Source of the DNA: Okamejei kenojei
Lineage: Eukaryota
Reading direction: 5' to 3'
DNA: 64,000 nt
Assembly (NCBI GenBank): GCA_035221665.1
Contig: CM069135.1
Span: 90,396,001 to 90,460,000 of the forward strand
Part shown: piece by piece, positions 1 through 9,737 of the stretch
How positions within the stretch are numbered: the first letter of the stretch is position 1
Layout of the letters: each line of letters begins with the position of its first letter
Translations under genes and position numbers: made by a program
Notes under the pieces: model-generated
What the model was told of the DNA's origin: nothing
Database searches by the model: none
What the model saw: the letters and a program-made list of their open reading frames with translations, nothing else

Positions 1-1026
1 TGCCAGTCAGTGGCTGTGTAGAGGAGGCCCGTCCTTGTTTTTGGTTGTGGTCGGGGCTTCTCTCCAGCTTTGACAAAAGTGATTGATTTCTTTGGGGCGT
101 GGTGGTGTTTGCTGTTACCGATGGCAGTGGCTATGTTCTCAGCAACCACCTTGAGCACCTGGTCATGGTGCCACCGATAGCGACCTTCCCCAAGAGACTT
201 TGGGCAGTTGCTGAGGAGATGTTCTAATGATCCTCTTCCAGAGCAAAGTGGGCAGGAAGGTGTCTCACTCTTGCCCCAGACGTGGAGGTTTGCTGGGCTT
301 GGTAGGGCATCGTAGACAGCTTGGACAAGGAACCGGACGCGCTGGAAGTCTGCCTGCATGATGTTTGACCAGGTAATCCTGCTCTGCGGTATGCTCTCCC
401 ACCTTGTCCACCAGAGCTGCACCGTCCTGCTCACATGCTCGTCCTCCACACCTGCTCGGACCTCTTCCTGGATTAGATGGTGTCCCTCCTTGCCCTGGGC
501 CTTGCCAACCGGTGTCTTAGGGAAGTATCCCAAACCCGCTCTGCCAGTTGCCATGACTCCCACCAATGCCTTTTGCCTTAGGCGTGACTCTGCCACCTCC
601 ACTGCTTTCGCCGCCCTCCATTTCCTCCCTGTTCTCACCTCGATGCCAGCCGTTGACACCTTCTGGTCCTTGGAGTCCCTGTACCGCAGTGCCTCTCTTG
701 TTCGCGCCACCATAAACTCTTCCGTGAGGCCACTGAATGGGAGCTGCAAGATGTTACTGGTCCCATACAGTGCAGCACTGTTGAGGCTGCGGGGAAGGCC
801 AAGCCACCTGCGGAGAAAGCCGCTGATCTTCCTTTCGAGGGACTCAACTGTGGTCAATGGAACAGGGAAACCAGCAGAGGCCACAGGACTCGGGGCAGGA
901 TGGAATGCTGATAGATCCAGGCCTTGAATCTGCCTGGCAGACCTGACTTGTCGACTTTGGTGAGCCAGGCTTCAAGGTCTTTGATGGACTTTTGAATGGT
1001 GGCAGAATCTTTCAGAGTTGTCGGCT
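1..1026 (-). mobile_element. HERO-clade (RLE-type) non-LTR retrotransposon fragment: RT thumb region and CCHC zinc knuckle; runs off the left edge
   Basis: The minus frame reads VDKSGLPGRFKAWIYQHSILPRVLWPLL...RRWLGLPRSLNSAALYG...CPLCSGRGSLEHLLSNCPKSLGEGRYRWHHDQVLK, as in HERO ORFs. The 358-927 + ORF is its antisense shadow. Confidence 0.8.
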
Positions 1027-1741
1027 AAAAGATCTCAGAAGGATATTGTCAAAAGAGTGAGATTAAGTTGGGTGAGAGGAGGCTCTTTCGACCATAAACG
1101 TGTCTGTCTAAGCCAATTACACTAAATACCTTATGTCAGAACAATATTTTCTATGTTTCCTAATGCATATTCTAGTTCTCATATTAAGAAGGCGAAATAA
1201 GCAGTGGCAAAAATATTCCAAAGTTTCAGTCTTCCTCTAAATTAAGATTTAAGGAAATCTTTGCACAACAATAGGATTCTAAATAAAATCGCAGTTCTTT
1301 CTTAAATATTTTGTCTACTCCACTGCAAAATCTCCTCAAGGTATGTCTACTTTGAAGAAGTTCTCCTCCTCTCTCAGAAGACAATGTCGCCTATTCCTTC
1401 GCTCCATAGATGCTGCCTCACCCGCTGAGTTTCTCCAGCATTTTTGTCTACCTTCGATTTATCCAGCATCTGCAGTTCTTAAACATTTAACCAATACCAA
1501 TTGCTTATTAAATGAACAGATTACAAATAGTTTTAAAGCTCGTATTTTTGTTTTTATTTATAGAGCCTAAGGGGAACAGAAATTCTCACACATTGGCTAC
1601 ATCATGTCCACATCAGCTGAAATACAGCTGAAATATGTGTGGTTTCAGGGTCTTATTACCACCTTGAAACATAAAATAATGTCAATTATGTTTTTGTGCA
1701 AACTAAACAATGTATAAAACCAATTATAAATGTATACATAA

Positions 1742-1872
1742 CGGGTGAGGCAGCATCTATGGAGAGAAGGAATTGGTGACATTTCGGGTCGAGACCCTTC
1801 TTCAGACTCTGAAGAAGGGTCTCGACCCGAAATGTCACCAATTCCTTCTCTCCTGAAATGCTGCCTCACCCG
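1742..1872. repeat. Near-perfect palindrome made of head-to-head Penelope-derived terminal repeats (hammerhead-type motif on both arms)
   Basis: cgggtgaggcagcat...gacccttcttcaga c tctgaagaagggtc...atgctgcctcacccg; the same family recurs many times in the window. Confidence 0.8.
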
Positions 1873-3039
1873 CTGAGTATCTTCGATTTTACCAGCATCT
1901 GCAGTTCTTTCTTAAACATATAAATGTATATATTATATAAATAACAATTATAAATATATTACCTAAAAAAATCAACACATCTTCGGTTATAATGTGGTTA
2001 TTTCGATATATTCAAGTTGGGAATGTATTTCAAACGTTCTTAAATTTATCAACTTGTATGTTGATATATAATTTCAACATTTTTGATCAAATTGTAAGAT
2101 TCCATAATTCTAAAGGTTCCAAGGAGTTCTTAAACAATAGCAAAATTAATTTGCCTGCAGCACCACCTTGTAGACACAAGGAGAATATCAGGGAGTAAAT
2201 ACTAACGGCTGTGCCACTGCATTACCACAGGAGGTCACTATTTTTCAGTACTTTCTCTGAAAACCTGAGAGAAGGCTTTGAAAATATTAAACATCTCTAA
2301 ATTAATCTTAAAATTATGCTGCATTGTGGTGGAAGTTCAGCAGAATACACACTTCTGATGCAAAGAAATTAGGAAATTCAGGTGTGAGTTGCGTTCATTT
2401 TATACTCTGCCAGAATCTCCTTGCACTGTAACTTCAAATTCACAAAACCTCCACTGAAATTGTCAATACTGCTGCAGCTATGTTTCCTAAATAAAAGTGC
2501 AGGAAGGCCAAAATTCCTACATTTAAGATCTGTGATATTTCAGGTATTTATACCAACAACATGGCTTTTGGATCAGCCATGATCATATTGAATGGAATGG
2601 CTTGAAGGACCGAATGGCCTACTCTTGCACCTATTTTCCATGTTTCTAACAACATCGCCTGACCAAGACGATCCTACAACTCTGACACAGTGCCACTATC
2701 AGGACAACGGGCTTTTATGGCCAAGTTAAGACTATACATTTTTATCAACGTTGGACTTCAATCATACAAAATGGTGCAAAGAAGCGTGGCGACTCTTGTG
2801 TGTGCTGCCTCAATGTAATCTACTATTCCTATGCTCTTGTACTTAAGTATGATTTAACCTTTAATAAGATTCTTCACCAAGATGCAAAAAAGGAATTTCC
2901 CTCCACCTAATTACATGTGCCAATGAAGTACCATTGAACCATAGAATAACACAAATTAATTAGACTAGTATTATTTTTTTTTTTAATCAGAAAGTTGGAT
3001 GTTTTTAAAAATGTGATGGTGAGAGTTCAATTGAAGCCT

Positions 3040-4464
3040 GGCTAATGAGAGAATTATAGGGCCTTGTCTGGAAAAAAGAAAGAGGCATGGGTCAGGTACA
3101 GGCAGCTGGGATTTCTGTACCCCTGGAGGAGTTTAGAGGACTGAGGAGCATACTCCAGAAGGAAATCAAGAGGGCAAAATCGAGGCAAAAGCATCTCTGG
3201 CACATAGGATTAAGGAAAGTCCAAGAAGATTTTACAAGTACATTAAGGGAACGTAGTTAACTAATGTGAAAACAGGGCCCTTCAGAAGCCATCTATGTGA
3301 GGAGATGCAGGAGATGCGCAAGATCTTCGAAGAATATTTTTTCTCAGTTTTTACTGTGAAGAAAGACATGAAGATCAGGGATCTCAGAACAGGAAATGGA
3401 GATGTCTAGATGACAGTCCGTATTACGGTCAAGGAGGTGTTGGACTTCTCCCAGGACTGATAAGATATATCCAAGGACACTGTGGGAAGCTAGAGAAAAA
3501 GTTGCAGAAGCCCTCATGGAGATATATGAATCACTATTAGGTACGGTGAGGTTCTGGATGACTGGAGGGTGGGTCATTTTAGATTAGTTTAAATATGCAG
3601 TGCAAAAACCAGCCCTTCAGCCCACCGAGTCCGCACCGACCTGCAATCCCTGCACATTAACACTATCCTACACACACTAGGGACAAATTACATTTATACC
3701 AAGCCAATTAACCGTCAAACCTGTACGTCTTTGGAATGTGGGAGGGAACCAAATACACTCAGTCACGGAGAACGTACAAACTCCATACAGACAAGCACCT
3801 GTAGTCGGGATCGAACCCAGGTTTCCGGCGCTGTAAGCACTGTAAGGCAGCAACTCTACCGCTGCGCCATTGTGCCAGCCCAATGTAATGCCTACTTTTA
3901 AGAAGGGCTGCAAGGAAAAGCCTAGGAACCAAGTTAGTGAGGCTAACATCTGTGATAGGTAAATTACTGGAAAGGATTCTGAGATAAGATATATATTCAT
4001 TTGGATAGACAAAGGCTAATTACGGATAGGCAACGTGGTTTTGTATGTGGAAATTGTATTTCACAGATTTGATTGAAGTTTTCAAGAAGTAACCAAGAAG
4101 GGTGATGAGGGCAAGGCCATAAATGATGTCTCTATGGACCTTAGCAAGGCCTTTGATAAGGTTTTGCATTGTAGGCTGCTCTGAAAGGGTAGACCGCATG
4201 GGATCTAAGAAGAGCTAGCTGCATGGACATAGAATTAGCTTCACAGAAGGAAGCAGAGGGTGGTAGTAGGAGTTGTTTTTCAGACTCTAGGCCTGTGACT
4301 AGTGGTGTGCATCGGCTGGTGTTGGGCTCATTGCTGTTTGTGGTTTATATCAATGATTTAGATAAGAATGCGCAAGGCATGATTAGTAAGTTTGTAGATG
4401 ATACTAAAGTAGGTGGAAATGTAAACAATGAAGATGGTTATCAAAAATTACAGCAGGATCTTAA
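3040..4464 (+). mobile_element. Degenerate CR1 LINE, 5' part (continues at 9111)
   Basis: RT remnant VTSGV...LGSLLFVVYINDLD...SKFVDDTKVGG...YQKLQQDL; the reading resumes directly after 9110. Confidence 0.85.
3578..3881 (-). mobile_element. tRNA-derived V-SINE (HE1-like)
   Basis: Minus strand has an A box (tggcgcagcggtagag), a B box (ggttcgatcccg) and a CR1-like 3' tail. Confidence 0.8.
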
Positions 4465-5453
4465 CAGGGCTGCCAACATTGGGTGAGTTGGGAGTGAGAA
4501 ATTGCGAGACCAAGCCCGAGGGAGCATAGCGGAACTTTTGCATTTTTCAGCTTGAAATTGTGTTATATGGTGCATACTGTAGCGAGTCTTTTAACTTACA
4601 CTTGAATGTAATATATATGCTTTAAATTGGACTAGCTATGAATAAGGTTAGAGTAAATTACATTCCTAATTACATTCCACAGTAGAGCCCAGGCTCTGAT
4701 CCATACGTGCAGCACATGAATGATCTTAGTGTATTAATGTATGGAAATCAGATTATAATCAAACACTTCGCCCATGTTGGCCAACCTGAGTCTCACTGCA
4801 CACTTGGTACTACTCCTGGCCCTGACTCCAGTTGCATACCTTCTCTCATTCCTGTCCCTGATTCCAGCCCTACACCTGGCCCCCTATTCTACCCTGATCA
4901 TAGCTGCTTAGGTTCCCAGTGCTGAACACACCCCTGGTCCCAGCTTTGACTGCACACCGAGTACTATTCCAGACCTTGACTCTGGATGCACACTTGGCCT
5001 TGCTCCTAGCCCCTTTGCACTGACAATATATCTGGCCCACACATAAAGCCCCATATCTGACCCCCTGGACTTAACCTATTACGTTCAAGTCCACAGGTGA
5101 TTAACTAATGCAGTAATCCTTTATGGGGCACTTCACAGACCAAATTATGGATAACAAAATGTGCTACACCCATTGGCTTCCTTGTTATCTAACATGCTAG
5201 TCACTTTGTCAAAGAAGTCATCAATTGGTTGAACACAATTCCCATCCATAAAATTATACTCACTCAGCTGTATAAGTATTCTGATACCATTTCTTTCATT
5301 TTCGTAACAAACTGTCCTGAGGTCATCAGGCTAATTACAAATCAATAACATTAGCCAACTCCGAAACATGAAGCACTGAGCATTGGGATCCAAACATCAT
5401 GGACAACTGTCCTCAGTTCCCCACTCACATCTGGCAGTATTCTCCATCTGAAC

Positions 5454-5690
5454 CAGGGGCCGCGGAGCGTTTTTGAAAGTGGGGAGGCTGAGCGATCACT
5501 GATCACTGGCCTTGGGGGTACCCGGTGAGGGAGTGGAGCAACCGAGTGGGGAGAGGGTGTGGAAGAAAGGGGTCCCCCCTCCCAGGGTAGGAACCTTTTG
5601 AAATTTGATGTATTAAAATCATGTTTTAGTGCATTGTAGAAGTATGATTTCAAAGTTTTTTGTATGAAGTATTTTTAAGAGGTAACCTTT
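5454..5690 (+). mobile_element. Truncated MITE-like DNA transposon end
   Basis: Starts caggggccgcggagcgtttttgaaagtgggg with a G/C-box subterminal region typical of MITEs; no partner TIR seen. Confidence 0.4.
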
Positions 5691-6327
5691 TAAGGGGTAA
5701 CTTTATCCACACAAAGGGTGGTGGGTGTTTGGAACAAGCTGCCAGAGGAGGTAGTTGAGGCAGGGACCATCCCAACATTTAAGAAACAGTTAGACTGATA
5801 CATGGATAGGACAGGTTTGGAGGTATGGACCAAAAGCAGGTAGCGTAGCTGGGACATGTTGGCGGGTGTGGGCAAGGTGCGCTGAAGGGCCTGTTTTCAC
5901 ACTGTATCACTCTATGACCACATTATGCCTCCACCATGCATGAATGCTTCAAAATCAAGTGGTCGAGTTTTATTGCCATATACTCAAGCACAGAAACATA
6001 GAAAATAGGTGCAGGAATAGGCCATCGGCCCTTTGAGCCAGCACTGCCTTCAATATGATCATGGCTGTTCATCTAGAATCAGTACCTCTTTCTTGTTTTT
6101 TTCCCCATATCCCTTGATTTTGTGAGCTAAATGTAACTCTCTCTTGAAAGCATCAGTGAATTGGACTGCACTGCCTTCTGTGGCAGAGAATTCCACAGAT
6201 TCACAACTGTGTGAAGAAAATTTGTCCTCATCTCAGTCCTAATTGCCACCCCCCCCCCCCCCCCTTTATTCTTAAACTGTGACCCCTGGTTCTGAACTCC
6301 CCCAACACCGGGAACATTTTTCCTGCA
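5690..6327. mobile_element. Two CR1 3'-end fragments (+ 5690-5920; - 5995-6327) inside the TIR element
   Basis: FTQRVVGVWNKLPEEVVEAG motif on +; the (TTTCTATG)-tailed CR1 3' end on -. Confidence 0.8.
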
Positions 6328-6432
6328 GTTACAGTAAGTGAAAATCTAGCAGACAAGCAGGATGCTTTGTCCAACCACCCCCATTTGAAGTCCACTATCT
6401 TCCACCGTTTCTACCCAGTGCCTGGTACTTAC

Positions 6433-6588
6433 TTCCAGCAGCCACTGGTTGTCCTCCAGGATGCACCGAGCCGCAGCCTGATCCATGCCGGTCACCCGGG
6501 CGAATTTGGCACAGAGACTCTCACAGCAGCGGAGCAACGCTTCAGACGCCTCCGACAGGCCAGGACTCATGCACTGAGGCTGCTCCAT
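6433..6588 (-). CDS. TDP2: TDP2-like (5'-tyrosyl-DNA phosphodiesterase) first coding exon, N-terminal UBA-like domain; no downstream exons found, probably a captured fragment
   Basis: 52 codons MEQPQCMSPGLSEASEALLRCCESLCAKFARVTGMDQAAARCILEDNQWLLE resemble human TDP2 (as recalled) RRLLCVEFASVASCDAAVAQCFLAENDWEME. Kozak GCCATGG at 6588; phase-0 GTAAGT donor at 6432, where TDP2 exon 1 is recalled to end. Confidence 0.72.
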
Positions 6589-6834
6589 GGCCGGAGCTGC
6601 AGTGAGCGACTCGCCAGCCCGGCAAGCACTCGCTAGCCCCGCTCCCCGTCTGCATCTGACCCCGTCGCTACTTCTGCTTCCAACTCCCATGGCCCATGCA
6701 GTTGATATGAGTTTTGAAATTTTTGTTGATCACAGAATTTCTCACGACAGAGCGTGAGAAATTTGTGATCAGCGTGAGAATTTTGGCGAAATGCGTGATT
6801 CTCCACGCTCAGTGCATGGGAGTTGGCTTCCCTG

Positions 6835-7880
6835 CCTCTCTATCCCCCTCTCTCCTCCCCCTCTCTCACTCTCTCCCCCTCTTTCCCTCCCCCTGTCTTC
6901 TCCTCTCTCTCCCTCCCGCTCTCTCTCTCCCTCTCTCTGTCCCCCTCTCTCCCTCTCCCCTCTCTCCACCTCTCTTTCCCTCTCTCTCCCACCTCACTCT
7001 CATCACTCTCTCTCTCCCCTCACTCTCTCTCTCCCCTTCCTCTCTCTCTCCTCTCACCCCCCCCTCTCTCTCCCCCTCTATCTCTCCCTCCTTTCACCCC
7101 CTCTCTCTCCCCCTCTCGCTCTCTCCCCCCTCTCCTCTCTCCCCATCTCTCTCCCCCTCTCTTTTCCCCCTCTCTCTCTCTTTCCCCTCTCTCTTGTCCC
7201 CTCTCTCCCCTTCCCCTCTCCTCTCTCCTCTCTTTCCCCTCTCTTTCCCCTAACTCTCCCCTTCACTCCCTCCCTCTCTCTCTCCTCTCTCCCTCTCTTT
7301 CTTCTCTCTCTCCCCCTCTTTCTTCTCTCCCCCTCCTTCTTCTCTTTCCCCCTCGCTTCCCCCTCTCCCTGTCTCTCTCCCCCCCTCTCTCTATCTTTCT
7401 CCATCCCTCTCTATTTCCCCCTCTCTCTCCCTCTCCATATCGCTCCCTCTCCACACTCTCTCCCCCCTCTCTCTCTCTCTCCTCTCTCCTCTCTCTCATC
7501 CCCCCCCTCTCTCTCCTCCTCTCTCATCCTCTCTCTCCCCCTCTCTCTCCCCCATTTCTCCTCCCACCTCAATTCTCCCCCTTGCTCTCTCTCCCCTCTC
7601 TGTCTCTATCTCCTATTTCTCTTTGCCCCCCATCTCCCTCTTATTCCCCCATTTTTCTCTTTCCCCTTTCCCTCTTCCCCCCTCTCTCTTTTCCCCCCCC
7701 TCTCTCCCATTCTCTCCTACCCTCTCCACCCCCTCCCTCTCTTCCCTCTCACTCTCCCCCCTCTCTCCTACCTCACTCTCTCTCCCCTCTCTCCCCCCGC
7801 TCCCTCTCTCCCCTCTCTCTCCTCTCAGCCCCTCTCTCTCTCCCCCTGTCTCCTTGTCTCCTTCCCCTCTCTCCACCTCC
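6835..7880. repeat. ~1.05-kb CT-rich polypyrimidine/polypurine low-complexity tract
   Basis: Almost only C and T on +; it generates the spurious S/L/P and E/R/G ORFs. Confidence 0.95.
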
Positions 7881-7901
7881 CTTTGAGAGTCTCTGTCCCA
7901 G

Positions 7902-7976
7902 TGGCACAGAGACTCTCGCGGCAGCGGCGCAACGCTTCCGACGCTTCCGATCGGCCCGGGACTTGCACTGCTCCAT
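7902..7976 (-). pseudogene. Frameshifted second copy of the 5' half of the TDP2-like exon, forming part of the transposon right arm
   Basis: ATG GAG CAG TGC...TCG GAA GCG TCG GAA GCG TTG CGC CGC TGC CGC GAG AGT CTC TGT GCC A aligns with 6507-6588 with a net frameshift; it ends in a fold-back hairpin at 7885-7917. Confidence 0.7.
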
Positions 7977-8002
7977 GGCCGGAGCTGCAGCGAAGCGACT
8001 TC

Positions 8003-8885
8003 CGCCAGCCCCGCAAACACTCCCGCAACACTCCAGCCCCGCAAACACTCACTCGCCAGCCCCGCAACACTCGCCAGCCCCGCAAACACTCGCCAGCCCC
8101 GCAACACCTCGCCATCCCGCAAACACTCTCGCCAGCCCCGCAAACACTCGCCAGCCCCGTAAACACTCGCCAGCCCCGCAAACACTCGCCATCCCGCAAA
8201 CACTCGCCAGCCCCGCAAACACTCGCCAGCCCCGCAAACACTCGCCATCCCGCAAACACTCGCCAGCCCCGCAAACACTCGCCATCCCCGTAAACACTGA
8301 AACACTCGCCAGTAAACACTCGCCATCCCGCAAACACTGTAAACACTCGCCGCCCCCAGGCCACCGCCAAACACTCGCCAGCCCCGCAAACACTCGCCAG
8401 CCCCGTAAACACTCGCCAGCCCCGCAAACACTCGGCAGCCCCACGCTCGCCAGCCCCGCAAACGCTCGCCAGCCCCGCAAACGCTCGCCAGCCCCGCAAA
8501 CACTCAGCCCCGCAAACACTCGCCAGCCCCGCAAACCTCGCAGCCCCGTAAACGCTCGCCAGCCCCGCAAACCTCGCCCGCCCCGCAAACACTCGCCAGC
8601 CCCGCAAACACTCGCCAGCCCCGCAAACACTCGCCAGCCCCGCAAACACTCGCCAGCCCCGCAAACACTCGCCATCCCGCAAACACTCGCCAGCCCCGCA
8701 AACACTCGCCATCCCGCAAACACTCGCCAGCCCCGCAAACACTCGCCAGCCCCGCAAACACTCGCCAGCCCCGCAAACACTCGCCAGCCCCGCAAACACT
8801 CGCCAGCCCCGCAAACACTCGCCAGCCCCGCAAACACTCGCAGCCCCGCAAACACTCGGCAGCCCCGCAAACACTCGGCAGCCCG
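8003..8885. repeat. GC-rich minisatellite, 19-bp unit CACTCGCCAGCCCCGCAAA, ~45 copies
   Basis: Tandem array visible directly, with variant units (gccatcccgc, ccccgtaaa, aacgctc). Confidence 0.95.
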
Positions 8886-9110
8886 GCTTTCCGTTCGCAT
8901 CTGTTCCCGCCGCTACATCTGCTTCCATCCCTCCCTCAGCCCCGGCTCTCCAACACCCGTGGCCCATGCAGTTTATCTGAGTTTTGAAATTTTCGTTGAT
9001 CACAGAATTTCTCACCACAGAGCGTGAGAAATTTCTGATCAGCGTGAGGGCGTGAGAGTTTCTTCAAATGCGTGATTCTCACGCTCAAAGCGTGAAAGTT
9101 GGCAGCCCTG

Positions 9111-9688
9111 ATCTTAATCAGTTGGACAAGTAGGCCCAAGAATAGCTAATGGAGTTTAATGGAGCTAATGCATTTTGGGACGTCAAACTAGAGCAGGATC
9201 CTCACAGGTGCCTGGGGAGTGTTGTCGAGCAGTGGGATCTAGGAGTACAGGGCACATAGTTTCCCGTCACAGGTAGATGGGGTGGTTAAGAAGGATTTTG
9301 GATACATTGGCCTTCATCAGTCAGAGCATTGAGTATAGAAGTTGGGACATTACGCAACTATTGTAAAAATACATTTATCGTATTGTTTAAGAAAGAACTG
9401 CAGATGCTGGAAAAATCGAAGGTAGACAAAAATGCTGGAGAAACTCAGCGGGTGAGGCATTTTTAGAGTATTTAGAGCATTTAGAGTATTTAGAGTATTA
9501 GAGTATGAGAGTATTGTGTTCAGTTTTCCTCACCCTGCTACAGGAAAATGTCATTTAAATGGAAATAAATACAGAGAAGATTTATGAGGGTGCTGCTAGG
9601 ACCGGAGCACCTGAACAGTAGGGATTTTATTCCTTGGAATGCCGGAGGATGTGGGGTGATCTTATAGAGGTATATAAAATCATGAGGG

Positions 9689-9690
<2 letters not shown>
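9111..9690 (+). mobile_element. CR1 LINE continuation (3' end resumes at ~13155-13480)
   Basis: DLNQLDK...MEFN, EYCVQF, GDLIEVYKIMR motifs are collinear with 3040-4464. Confidence 0.8.

Positions 9691-9737
<47 letters not shown>

Larger units (their letters stand above)
4465..9110. mobile_element. Non-autonomous TIR DNA transposon (P-superfamily-like; hAT not excluded) carrying a host gene fragment
   Basis: Perfect 13-bp TIRs CAGGGCTGCCAAC (4465-4477) and GTTGGCAGCCCTG (9098-9110); 7-bp TSD ATCTTAA (4458-4464, 9111-9117); it splits a contiguous CR1 RT sequence; subterminal GCGTGAG repeats; no transposase ORF. Confidence 0.85.

Noticed and set aside
358-927. 189-aa plus-strand ORF
   Set aside because: Antisense shadow of the HERO retrotransposon frame.
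2380-2520. Possible FAXC last exon or TDP2 exon 2 (acceptor-like ttttatttag; RRFWQ)
   Set aside because: The RRFWQ frame is flanked by stops, and the open frame resembles neither protein.
8003-8885. Regular repeat array as a possible CRISPR
   Set aside because: No unique spacers, no cas genes, and a vertebrate intronic context.
6714-9027. Long ORFs of 500, 734, 397 and 296 aa
   Set aside because: They arise from the stop-poor CT tract and the 19-bp minisatellite, which are open in many frames on both strands.
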